64,000 nt of DNA, from assembly GCA_016182495.1 (NCBI GenBank), contig JACPGK010000008.1, positions 2,870 to 66,869 of the forward strand, written 5' to 3'. Numbering within the stretch: position 1 is the first letter of the stretch; the number at the start of each line of letters is the position of its first letter. The DNA is from Candidatus Kerfeldbacteria bacterium. Lineage in GTDB: Bacteria; Patescibacteriota; Patescibacteriia; UBA9570. The position numbers were made by a program, and so were the translations under genes. This document shows, in pieces, positions 15,101 to 23,385 of this stretch. Below the pieces are notes generated by a model. It worked only from the letters and a program-made list of their open reading frames with translations. It did no database searches and was not told the DNA's origin.

Positions 15101-15834
15101 AATGTATCGTAATCGCGTAACTCTGCTACAGCCTTTGTAACATAGCTTTTAGCATCAGTAATAGCCAGACGATCATTATTATGTGCTAGTGCATTAAAAA
15201 AATATCCTGAATCATCAACAAAACCATTACCTTTGCGGTTCAGTGTTAAACGTTCCGATATACTACCATCAGAAATGTACGTAAAAAACAAAGAAAAGTT
15301 GGCTTCATCGTCAGTTCTATCCACCATTTGGGCGTTAGATAAAAATTCTACTGTATAGTGAGGGACAGTAACATCAATTCTATCCCCATCAGCAAAAATC
15401 AAGTGGCCATCTTCTAGGCCAGTAGCCATGGCTGGTTTGAGTGCTGCTTCCGTTTCTACATCAACCGCCACACCCCGCACGCCAGCTTCAGCGGCGGTTC
15501 CAGCCAGCCGTGCTTGAGCGGCCGTACCAGCTAACTCGGGTACATCTGGATGATCATGAACCACCGCTGCTACAGCAGCCACTTCTTCCCGAACAGCTGC
15601 TACGGTTGCAGTAGCGGCCTCAACTAAAGCCTCGCTTGGTTCTGGTACTGCAGCGACATCAAGCGCTGCCTTATCTGGTTTGTGTGGTAATTCTGCTGGT
15701 GTAGGCACCAAATCAGTGCGGGTTCTGCGCGCACCGGCACCAGAGCGTTTCTTTGGTTTACCTTGTTGTGGATCTCCGGATTCTGCAGATTTTTTAGCCA
15801 TGTTTGCGATGTAAATCTTCCAAAATTGATTCAA
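9172..15834 (-). CDS. giant multidomain protein (2220 aa) with an embedded PPM/PP2C-type Ser/Thr phosphatase domain, coiled coils, Pro/Thr/Ala-rich linkers and an internal hydrophobic hairpin
   Basis: The ORF is uninterrupted for 6.6 kb. The PP2C motifs fall at about residues 475-785 (about nt 13480-14412): TNEDVMF, FSGVIDGAGGSDAG (the DGHGG equivalent), MLLGSDGAITD and GSGDNITLQVIIV (the DN[IV]T motif). Residues about 1351-1395 form a glycine-rich hydrophobic hairpin (IIKLGKFLGKIGTIIGVGAGTTALTANPVLGVAAVIGARAGWLY). Residues about 1400-1680 are long heptad-like helical stretches. Low-complexity P/T/A linkers lie at about residues 445-475, 1200-1240 and 1700-1790. There is no N-terminal signal peptide; the N-terminus is basic (KPKKRSGAGARRTRTD). 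Confidence 0.8.
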   Translation of the reverse strand: MNQFWKIYIANMAKKSAESGDPQQGKPKKRSGAGARRTRTDLVPTPAELPHKPDKAALDVAAVPEPSEALVEAATATVAAVREEVAAVAAVVHDHPDVPELAGTAAQARLAGTAAEAGVRGVAVDVETEAALKPAMATGLEDGHLIFADGDRIDVTVPHYTVEFLSNAQMVDRTDDEANFSLFFTYISDGSISERLTLNRKGNGFVDDSGYFFNALAHNNDRLAITDAKSYVTKAVAELRDYDTLMELADIKNRPESLKDWRYFLTNLYFGETYITWSSNSNYLQYVQTKAATVPALQSYLCTGFRTLFNKQLADGYDHTSQFATLGVSEYVSDIPIPSHEELTEREIEHYQRGYQADLHHPYSYFRLPAFQEVRQAFQRFLNNLQLEDQEQCKRKVREACQKVGGEYNEIDPAVVRLWENLVPAGWIADYVARATVIEDATTLGLAEPEAAAIPASGVEPTPAVETGEPVPTGFEVFHPGDARAITDKQFGELKFVTDYVHLAGSTENGGAGSKYQTNEDVMFAGVGRDGAVFSGVIDGAGGSDAGRASALAGVNASMKAFQNDGTLDQALTAVHDTIKQTVPGGYACPVFLKLQPTGQVNYGWAGDAKLVTIRGGAVYRPGTSRPHNAVFEDLQSKVAADDLSPIEAAKLYYSHKVHTSDGWVGNNVVSRTSGYYVNRPSEHELDSFQAAVGDVMLLGSDGAITDLVSEYEIELIVAKHPGDVEAIRNDVIKLAYDRNNSTAPFIVRVGPGVNDIANLYSRTIQGRSSGSGDNITLQVIIVKHLQETTSRVSAPIERQPSIPEVNAEVRNYNIPGIRLYRPSDETVVLDDDREISMHLDTLSPIVKVTPDTFGRIDDTGGQRHQVDFHYQGDNNVLRLSVSDTSHTDGTITVVAFINNERVFGGTATVADLPAVVAEAKQKMAPEPVAAAETAPQFGIISAADESVATPAASSGDDTEATLTAAAVADAEETKVDTALKKRRGAVLEGMKTYFREAGGKEVRAVELITALTKALGAAFSGDQAAVATILERYLDTIERINAKLPNTQKLAALNVLVTERRKGKNPGQIDSTKVAKLAASLAKIYQMTDHASKATEVAPLQTMLDENLGSSDTDQAILAVPTSPALDAAEVAMSAAPVATEPTVPATAAIPLVPDRTTPAGISLWNDARISLPDGSQPEAIRVKIEELWTQRHQVGSATPNTAASEPTPTLPAPTPPESVSPAPTPPAPSFKPPTIGVATVPPELVRRMLNEQKVRQSYGTSGIINEKLSKIKYASSLEIANDGTITRLLTDLVQLTLTTPDRLSTSTVVVDLLARLGLEDRTVVTAALLKQRQAIREIATAQERAKDSKIIKLGKFLGKIGTIIGVGAGTTALTANPVLGVAAVIGARAGWLYQADRAIDQRQQKLMNAIVKQSDDVGINLRDILENLSVELAVAKQHEIDRLASENDRLELRIVECRDELLKRNTPEQQAALQQAIADGAAWHQRLTNETIDEQIRQLGNSDRVSAEMAADLQASRAARAAGVAALYTVKQNDATLKEQTIRQNGGIVTKLFDKVTQASLFRGGQRLNEQVTTAAAFTVAGYIGRSVPILREVVLGIGTMKLGEVAAKAMLAGEQRRRYVSIDQLKSITDTDTGRRYLTRARAQLADAMWQADHPKEYAALREQVDRLLVEQISQASLASDAGVAVMNQLNDDLAKAVKRFGHLQRTDRAVIRWSQILGGAVGAIVGPDVMDLVGEHVKDWLSTAGKFWFSPEPAAPAPTTPAPAAPVEQPSTPPTASSTTEAPAVAAATPASVTPVAETVAPPVAPASTTPPAEPAAATAAPVAVRTVPAAVAETVTPVTAPVTPPAESVAPPVASAVVPSNEQWQDYTVHRREGFWHVVRDQLRAKPDWTNGGKNIEQKVLEILTKTTITVDGKQVHIIDPATHKQVWVMQPDKYTIIVGGTADDPTLLIYDAQTHQLLNNGEAFDKAFEQVPLRPVQSTVVETAAASPTRPITGELLVDGVNRAAYIAAQITNNPWTLDASSRAALSQQAGAQFDAAIAARPLEATSTGSDADGVAVSTSGERVLIDEGVFDGTRGTGGGGDEAVTRTGAEEAEPGTAAETVGVETLTGVAAERSLWLRGYDNFVSQMKALISAGNGRYDVHGVRYRLDRDGDVEIVKMAGPLPAPGSRVEVSLTSYGVLAGEVITPQIEDANYKISGKQLRYVNIRVEQIAKG

Positions 15835-15985
15835 TGTTAGCTTGATCGATTTTTGTTAACGCTTGATTAATCATGGTGTGCTGTTGGCGCTTCAGTTCAT
15901 CAATTTCTTTTTTAAATTCGGCGTAGATTTGGCGAATGCGCTTAATGCGCTGTTTTGCCTGAGCCGGCGTTAAGGCCTGGGCCAT
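15794..15985 (-). CDS. small basic helical protein (63 aa), hypothetical
   Basis: The sequence (MAQALTPAQAKQRIKRIRQIYAEFKKEIDELKRQQ...) has coiled-coil character. It overlaps the annotated start of the giant gene, so both cannot be fully correct; the giant gene may start at the internal MAKK codon. Confidence 0.35.
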   Translation of the reverse strand: MAQALTPAQAKQRIKRIRQIYAEFKKEIDELKRQQHTMINQALTKIDQANIESILEDLHRKHG

Positions 15986-15993
15986 ATAAATGG

Positions 15994-16350
15994 TTAAACA
16001 GTTTTGTTTTGAAGGACGTTAGCTTGCTGCACCGCAGTCAAAAATTCTTTCGCAAACTGTTCTAATCCAGCCGCCGTTTTCTGTGATATATTTTCTATCC
16101 GGCTACTTAAAAATGCTTGCATAGCGGCTGTATTCGGTTGGTCAACATCAATAAATTGAGCCCGAAATTGGTCAGCATCATTACCTGATAATTCCGCCAT
16201 CATTAATAAACCAAGACGGCGAGCAATTTGATCGGATAATTTATTGCGATAAACCAGCAAAGCCTCTTCACCCATGGTTTGTAACCCAGCCTGCTGTATT
16301 AACCAATCAGCAAATTCTTCGATGGTTTGTGTATTATTTGATGTATTCAT
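15994..16350 (-). CDS. hypothetical acidic protein (118 aa)
   Basis: It is a clean ORF co-oriented with and immediately upstream of the giant gene. No motif was recognised. Net charge is acidic. Confidence 0.5.
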   Translation of the reverse strand: MNTSNNTQTIEEFADWLIQQAGLQTMGEEALLVYRNKLSDQIARRLGLLMMAELSGNDADQFRAQFIDVDQPNTAAMQAFLSSRIENISQKTAAGLEQFAKEFLTAVQQANVLQNKTV

Positions 16351-16357
16351 GATCTAT

Positions 16358-16386
16358 AGAATAAACGAAAAATCAAAAAATGTCAA
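16358..16386 (-). promoter_or_regulatory. candidate sigma70-type promoter (TTGACA-17-TATTCT) placed so that the transcript of the 118-aa gene would be nearly leaderless
   Basis: The reverse complement of 16381-16386 is TTGACA. A 17-nt spacer follows. The reverse complement of 16358-16363 is TATTCT. The ATG lies at 16350, only about 7-8 nt downstream. Confidence 0.3.
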
Positions 16387-16469
16387 GTTTTCGTCCATGC
16401 TAGTTCCAGATTTTAGTACTTTTTCTACAAGAGTTCGTATATTCTGCGCATGACAGCAGCATAAAGAAT

Positions 16470-16769
16470 TTATGAGCGTTTGATCCATACCACGGGATTT
16501 TGTAATACATTGTTTCGAAAAGAATCATCGACTTGATCAAAATCAATAATATCAACAAAAAATGGAAATGTTGAATTTTCAAATTCTTCTTTTAAACGCA
16601 TGATGTCTTTTTTTTCTATATCGCCCTGAATCCCAATATCGACATCACCAAAATGATCTCGCACGATACTGGACCCAAAAAGAAAAGCTTGAGTGTTAGG
16701 TTTATCAGCAAAATGCTCTTGAATCTTAGTTGTAATAAAATCTAAATATTTCCTTTGTTTTTGAATCAT
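16470..16769 (-). CDS. minimal nucleotidyltransferase (Pol-beta superfamily, MNT-type; orphan toxin-antitoxin component)
   Basis: The G[SG]x(9-13)Dh[DE]h signature is present as FLFGSSIVRDHFGDVDIGIQ. The protein is 99 aa. The gene is AT-rich. Confidence 0.7.
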   Translation of the reverse strand: MIQKQRKYLDFITTKIQEHFADKPNTQAFLFGSSIVRDHFGDVDIGIQGDIEKKDIMRLKEEFENSTFPFFVDIIDFDQVDDSFRNNVLQNPVVWIKRS

Positions 16770-16873
16770 TATAGGTATGATACCATCTTACTTGATATTC
16801 TGTAAATTCAGTTTTTGCCTTATCCACAGAACTACTGGACCAAAACGACTAAATCGCCTAAACTATAGGCGCC

Positions 16874-17110
16874 ATGAATAGTATTGTAGTTCAAACGATC
16901 CAATTATTCGGTGTGATTACTGCTTATATTATTAGCCCATTAGTACTATTTTTACCACTAGGTTGGTGGATCGGCCAGCGCTTTGATGACAGCCGATGGT
17001 TATTTGGAGCGATTGCGGTAGCCTTTGTGGTATCGTTAGTGATTGTAACGCGCCTGCTACCTAGCACTATTAAACGTTTTGTAAGCAAACATCAGTCCCA
17101 TGGCCAGTGA
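16874..17110 (+). CDS. small 2-TM protein at the head of the atp operon (AtpZ/AtpI-like)
   Basis: It is 78 aa with two hydrophobic helices. Its position immediately 5' of atpB is where atpI/atpZ normally sits. Confidence 0.4.
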   Translation: MNSIVVQTIQLFGVITAYIISPLVLFLPLGWWIGQRFDDSRWLFGAIAVAFVVSLVIVTRLLPSTIKRFVSKHQSHGQ

Positions 17111-17888
17111 GTATACCGAGAGCGATAGTGGCGTAGCCATTAGTTTAAAGCCTGAAGTGCTTGGCCACCTTGGCCCTTTGCCGGTGACCAATTCTTTTTT
17201 ATTTTCGCTAGTGATTATGGTTGGTTTGGTGGTAACATTCGCCATTGGGGCTCGGCGCTTAAAAGCCGTGCCCGGTAAAATTCAAGTACTGGGTGAAGCG
17301 TTAGTGATGGGAATGTATAATTTTGTGCTAACCACCACCGGTAACAATAAACGAGCGGCTAATTTTATTTTTCCAATTTTTTTAACCCTGTTTTTATTTA
17401 TTCTCACCTCCAACCTGATGGGCTTTTTACCGGGCACCACTTCGATTCATTATGGTGAGCATCATTTTTTCCGTCCACCCACAGCCGATTTTGGCTTTAT
17501 ATTTTCGGTTACTCTATTGGTATTTGCCCTAATCCAATTGGCTGGTTTTTATTTTTCTGGGATTGGCTATTTGAAAAAATTTTTCGATTGGTCGAGTCCG
17601 ATTAATTTTGCTATCGGTTTACTGGAACTGGTCGGTGAATTAGCTAAAATGATGTCGTTATCGTTTCGGTTGTTCGGCAATATTTTTGCTGAAGAAGTGT
17701 TAGCGTTAGTGGTATTATCATTAGTACCGTTTATTGCCCCGGTGCCTTTTTCGTTGATTGGTTTTTTGGTATCAATTGTGCAAGCTTTTATTTATCCAAT
17801 TTTGGTATTAATCTATATAACGTTAGCCCTGGCTCACGGCAGTCACTCACCTACTCCGGAGCCAAGTTCAGCGTTAAATACTAATTAA
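17100..17888 (+). CDS. atpB: F0F1 ATP synthase subunit a
   Basis: The protein is polytopic. The SFRLFGNIFAEE block carries the conserved subunit-a Arg. Confidence 0.9.
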   Translation: MASEYTESDSGVAISLKPEVLGHLGPLPVTNSFLFSLVIMVGLVVTFAIGARRLKAVPGKIQVLGEALVMGMYNFVLTTTGNNKRAANFIFPIFLTLFLFILTSNLMGFLPGTTSIHYGEHHFFRPPTADFGFIFSVTLLVFALIQLAGFYFSGIGYLKKFFDWSSPINFAIGLLELVGELAKMMSLSFRLFGNIFAEEVLALVVLSLVPFIAPVPFSLIGFLVSIVQAFIYPILVLIYITLALAHGSHSPTPEPSSALNTN

Positions 17889-17893
17889 TTTTA

Positions 17894-18136
17894 ATGTTCT
17901 ATGTTATGGAAGTAGAAGCCGTACGTATCCTCACCGCCGGTTTTATGATGGCCATCGGTGTTAGCTTACCAGCCTTCAGCATGGGCTTGATTGCTTCAAA
18001 AACGTTTGAAGCCATTGGTCGTAACCCCAGCATCAAAGATGATGTGTTTACCAAAATGGTCGTGGCCATGGCCTTGGTTGACTCGCTGGCGATTTACTGT
18101 TTAGTGGTATCGTTAATCTTGTTGTTTGCCGTGTAA
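17894..18136 (+). CDS. atpE: F0F1 ATP synthase subunit c
   Basis: It is an 80-aa helical hairpin with a GxGxGxG-like region and a carboxylate helix (MVVAMALVDSLAIYCLVV). Confidence 0.9.
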   Translation: MFYVMEVEAVRILTAGFMMAIGVSLPAFSMGLIASKTFEAIGRNPSIKDDVFTKMVVAMALVDSLAIYCLVVSLILLFAV

Positions 18137-18154
18137 AATTTTGGTGACTAATGA

Positions 18155-18194
18155 TGTTACCTGACGAACTGTATCATACACTTCACAGGTAACA
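18155..18194 (+). promoter_or_regulatory. perfect 9-bp stem / 22-nt loop hairpin in the atpE-atpF intergenic region
   Basis: TGTTACCTG at 18155-18163 is the exact reverse complement of CAGGTAACA at 18186-18194. No U-tract follows, so it is not a classic intrinsic terminator. Confidence 0.45.
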
Positions 18195-18216
18195 GATTAA
18201 CCACTAAACCACCTTT

Positions 18217-18723
18217 ATGGAAAAAATGCTCGGGGCCTTTGGGGTCGATTACAAATTACTGATAGCAAACTTTGTTAACTTTGGCATTTTATTATTTGTG
18301 CTGTACAAAATCGGCTACAAACCAATGCTCAAGTTTATCAATGACCGCACCAAAACTATCGAAGATGGTCTCAAAAATGCTGCCCTGGCGAAACAAAACA
18401 TCGCCGAAGCTACTCAACAGCAGCAAGCTATGCTTACTACTGCTCGGCAAGAAGCTCAAAGCATTGTAGTAGCAGCCAACGATCAAGCGATCAAGCAAAG
18501 TCAACTGTTAATTGAAAAAAGTAAACTTGAGGCCAAAAAAGTGATCGATCAAGCCAAACTGAATATTCGCCAAGAACATGATCAAATGATGCAGCAAGCC
18601 AAAGCCGAATTAACTGATTTAGTGTTGCTGGCCACCGAAAAAGTATTACAGCAAAAATTAGATCAATCGGCCGATGAAGCCTTGTTGAAAAAAGTCGTTG
18701 CCCAATATGAAAATCACTCCTAA
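18217..18723 (+). CDS. atpF: F0F1 ATP synthase subunit b
   Basis: It has a single N-terminal TM helix followed by a long charged helix (…AKQNIAEATQQQQAMLTTARQEAQ…). Position in the operon supports the call. Confidence 0.8.
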   Translation: MEKMLGAFGVDYKLLIANFVNFGILLFVLYKIGYKPMLKFINDRTKTIEDGLKNAALAKQNIAEATQQQQAMLTTARQEAQSIVVAANDQAIKQSQLLIEKSKLEAKKVIDQAKLNIRQEHDQMMQQAKAELTDLVLLATEKVLQQKLDQSADEALLKKVVAQYENHS

Positions 18724-19099
18724 ATACTACGCTCAAACTTGGCTGGAACGATTGCAACAGCAACCAGCTGATCAGTGGCCGGAGCTATCACTAGGCCTGT
18801 TGCGCGAATTGCAACGTCGTAATCGTATAAAATGGTTACCAGAAATTGTTCGGTTATTAGAAGAACAATTGCATCGCCAAGCTGGCATTACTCCTCTTCG
18901 CGTCACTTCGGCTCAACCATTATCACCAGCCGTCATTGAACAGTGCGTTGAGAAGTTATTTCCAATATCCCGTGTGATGCTTACCCAACAGCATGATTCA
19001 GCCGTGGTGGGTGGAATACGATTAGAAACCGCCAACCAACGCTGGGATTTTTCATTACGTCAACAACTCAATCAATTAGCTAATACACTCAAGCAATAA
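18698..19099 (+). CDS. atpH: F0F1 ATP synthase subunit delta (short form)
   Basis: The call rests on operon position between atpF and atpA plus OSCP-like C-terminal similarity (VVGGIRLETANQRWDFSLRQQL). At 133 aa it is shorter than the usual roughly 177 aa. Confidence 0.6.
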   Translation: MPNMKITPKYYAQTWLERLQQQPADQWPELSLGLLRELQRRNRIKWLPEIVRLLEEQLHRQAGITPLRVTSAQPLSPAVIEQCVEKLFPISRVMLTQQHDSAVVGGIRLETANQRWDFSLRQQLNQLANTLKQ

Positions 19100-19108
19100 T
19101 TAATTTTT

Positions 19109-20611
19109 ATGGCAGAAATTGTCGAACACATCAAAAGTCAAATCCAACAGTTTAAAGCCACGTTGGTCACGGAAGAAATTGGCACAGTGGTAGAAGTGAA
19201 CGATGGTATTGTGCGGGCCATTGGTTTGGCCAATGTACGCGCTTCTGAAATGGTAGAATTCGACAATGGCGTAAGAGGCGTAGCTCTCAATTTAGAAGAA
19301 GGCACGGTGGGTATTATGGTGATGGGAGATTACGCCGGTATCACCGAAGGGATGAAAATCAAAACTCTCGGTACTATTTTAGAAGTGCCGGTAGGCAACG
19401 GTTTGATTGGCCGCGTAGTCAATGCTTTAGGCGAAGCCAAAGATGGTAAAGGGCCTATTACAGCAACGGCTCATTACCCAATGGAACGCATTGCCCCGGG
19501 AGTAATTACCAGAAAATCTGTTCATCAACCGGTACAAACTGGAATAAAGTCAATCGATGCCATGACGCCAATTGGTCGGGGTCAACGCGAACTGATTATT
19601 GGTGATCGTCAAACTGGTAAAACAGCCATTGCCATTGATACTATTCTGAACCAAAAAGGTGAGGATATGATTTGTATTTATGTGGCGATTGGTCAAAAAG
19701 AAAGTAAGGTAGCTCAATTAGTGGCCAAATTAGAACAACTTGGGGCGATGGAGTACACTATTATAGTATCGGCTAGTGCTTCCGAACCGGCAGCCTTGAG
19801 TTATTTAGCACCGTACGCTGGTTGCAGTATGGGTGAATACTTTTTGGATAACGGTAAAGATGCTTTGATTATTTATGATGATTTATCGAAGCACGCGGTA
19901 GCTTATCGCCAAATTTCTTTGTTACTACGCCGCCCACCAGGCCGCGAAGCCTACCCCGGCGATGTATTTTACTTGCATTCTCGTTTACTTGAACGGGCCG
20001 CGAAACTGAACGAAACCAATGGTCATGGTTCGTTAACGGCTTTACCAATTATCGAAACTCAAGCCAACGACGTTTCAGCCTACATTCCAACCAATGTGAT
20101 CTCTATTACTGATGGCCAAATTTACCTCGAAACCAGCTTATTTAATAAAGGCTTTCGACCGGCCGTGAACGTAGGGTTATCGGTATCGCGGGTTGGTGGA
20201 GCTGCTCAAATTAAAGCCATGAAACGAGTGGCTGGTAATTTACGTTTGGCTCTAGCCCAGTATCGCGAATTAGAAGCCTTTAGCCAATTTGGTTCCGATT
20301 TAGATGAATCCACTAAACAACAACTTGAACGTGGCAAGCGTTTAGAAGAATTACTCAAGCAAGATCAATATCAACCATTGCGGGCGGAACAACAGGTGAT
20401 TCAAATTTACACCGCCGTGAATGGTTTACTGGATGATGTGGCCGTACCAGAGGTGAAAAATTTCGTTCAAAAACTGCTGGAGTATACTGAACAACAGGCG
20501 CCGGATTTACTCGAAACCATTCGTCGAGAAAAAAACTTTGATGACGCCTGGGAAGAAAAATTAAAAGCCACCGTGGCTGCGTATAAATCGATTACTGTGC
20601 CCAAGGTATAA
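19109..20611 (+). CDS. atpA: F0F1 ATP synthase subunit alpha
   Basis: The P-loop GDRQTGKT is present. The length and sequence throughout are typical of alpha subunits. Confidence 0.95.
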   Translation: MAEIVEHIKSQIQQFKATLVTEEIGTVVEVNDGIVRAIGLANVRASEMVEFDNGVRGVALNLEEGTVGIMVMGDYAGITEGMKIKTLGTILEVPVGNGLIGRVVNALGEAKDGKGPITATAHYPMERIAPGVITRKSVHQPVQTGIKSIDAMTPIGRGQRELIIGDRQTGKTAIAIDTILNQKGEDMICIYVAIGQKESKVAQLVAKLEQLGAMEYTIIVSASASEPAALSYLAPYAGCSMGEYFLDNGKDALIIYDDLSKHAVAYRQISLLLRRPPGREAYPGDVFYLHSRLLERAAKLNETNGHGSLTALPIIETQANDVSAYIPTNVISITDGQIYLETSLFNKGFRPAVNVGLSVSRVGGAAQIKAMKRVAGNLRLALAQYRELEAFSQFGSDLDESTKQQLERGKRLEELLKQDQYQPLRAEQQVIQIYTAVNGLLDDVAVPEVKNFVQKLLEYTEQQAPDLLETIRREKNFDDAWEEKLKATVAAYKSITVPKV

Positions 20612-20613
20612 CT

Positions 20614-21543
20614 ATGGCGTTGAATACACGAGAAATTAAAGGTCGACTACGCTCGATTAAAAATACTCAAAAGATTACCCATACCATGGAGCTAGTGGCC
20701 GCTGCTAAAATGCGCCGCGCAGTGACCGGGGCGATTAATAGCCGAACCTATAGCACCCTGGCCTGGGATTTAGTACAACGGTTACGACAGGCCGTGCAGT
20801 TTAACGATGATGATCCCCGACAATTTTGGTTTGATCAATCAACCAGTATTACCAAACAACCGCACACTACTGTATTAGTGTTTACATCGAATCGCGGTTT
20901 GTGCGGCGCCTTTAACAATAATGTGATTAAACAAACGGTCAAATTTTTAAAAACGGTTCCTACTGAAGCTGTCACAATTGTGTGTGTTGGAAAAAAGGGA
21001 GCCGGTACGTTAAGTACTTTAGGCTACACAGTACATCAAGCTTACGCTAAAGCAGATTCGGCCCGTAATGATGAATCTATTCAAGAGCTAGCCGAATATG
21101 TGTATGAAGAATTTACCCAGCAACGTACTCATCGGGTAGTAGTGGCCTATACCGATTACCAATCGTCAATTAGTCAAACCGCTGTCATTCGACAGTTGTA
21201 TCCTTTAACAAGCCAAAATACCATTAGCCAGGCGGTTGATAATGCTGACGCAGCTAAACCAAAAATTACCCCTCCAACCAAGCATGCTGTATACAAATAT
21301 GAACCATCAGCGGAAGCGGTGCTCGAATACATTGTTCCTCGAATTGCTGAAGTACAGTTGTACCAAGCTTTATTAGAAAGTAATGCCTCCGAGCACAGCG
21401 CCCGCATGCTGGCCATGAAAAGCGCCACCGATGCCGCTGGTGATATGTCGGATGAATTGGTGCTGGCCTTTAATCGGGCTCGGCAAGCAGCTATTACTAA
21501 AGAAATTGCTGAAATTTCTGCCGGCAGCGCGGCGTTATCTTAA
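20614..21543 (+). CDS. atpG: F0F1 ATP synthase subunit gamma
   Basis: The N-terminus IKGRLRSIKNTQKITHTMELVAAAKMRRA and the C-terminal helix ITKEIAEISAG match gamma subunits. Confidence 0.9.
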   Translation: MALNTREIKGRLRSIKNTQKITHTMELVAAAKMRRAVTGAINSRTYSTLAWDLVQRLRQAVQFNDDDPRQFWFDQSTSITKQPHTTVLVFTSNRGLCGAFNNNVIKQTVKFLKTVPTEAVTIVCVGKKGAGTLSTLGYTVHQAYAKADSARNDESIQELAEYVYEEFTQQRTHRVVVAYTDYQSSISQTAVIRQLYPLTSQNTISQAVDNADAAKPKITPPTKHAVYKYEPSAEAVLEYIVPRIAEVQLYQALLESNASEHSARMLAMKSATDAAGDMSDELVLAFNRARQAAITKEIAEISAGSAALS

Positions 21544-21554
21544 ATTTTTAATAA

Positions 21555-22946
<1,392 letters not shown>

Positions 22947-22950
22947 TGCC

Positions 22951-23373
22951 ATGAGCGCTAAACGTCTCCAGTTAAAATTGGTGAGTCCCGTAAAAACGTT
23001 ATTTGAAGAAGACGTTGACGGAGTAACTTTGCCCACTACCGTTGGACAAATTACGGTGCTACCACACCACATGTTTTTAGTGAGCACCCTGGTGCCAGGC
23101 GAACTATTGGTACAAAATAATGGCCAAACCTTTCCTGTGGCCGTAGCTGGTGGTGTAATTGAAGTATACAATAATCATTTAGTAGTGCTGGCCGATTCAG
23201 CCGAACACGTTAGTGATATTGATGTACAAGCGGCCGAACAAGCGGCCGAACGGTTAGCCAAACAGTTAGCAGACGAAGCTAAACTTGATCTTACTACCTA
23301 CAACGCCTTGCAAAAAAATCTTGAATTTGAACGGATTCGAGCCGAGTTGGGTAAAAAATGGCGCAAAATTTAA
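22951..23373 (+). CDS. atpC: F0F1 ATP synthase subunit epsilon
   Basis: It has an N-terminal beta-sandwich and C-terminal helices. It is the last gene of the operon. Confidence 0.85.
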   Translation: MSAKRLQLKLVSPVKTLFEEDVDGVTLPTTVGQITVLPHHMFLVSTLVPGELLVQNNGQTFPVAVAGGVIEVYNNHLVVLADSAEHVSDIDVQAAEQAAERLAKQLADEAKLDLTTYNALQKNLEFERIRAELGKKWRKI

Positions 23374-23385
23374 GCTAGTGGCGGT

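Noticed and set aside
16400-16582. 60-aa ORF overlapping the 3' end of the MNT gene, considered as a possible HEPN partner
   Set aside because: It is in a different frame from the MNT gene and overlaps it. Its translation is hydrophobic and low-complexity with no Rx4-6H HEPN motif. It is probably spurious.
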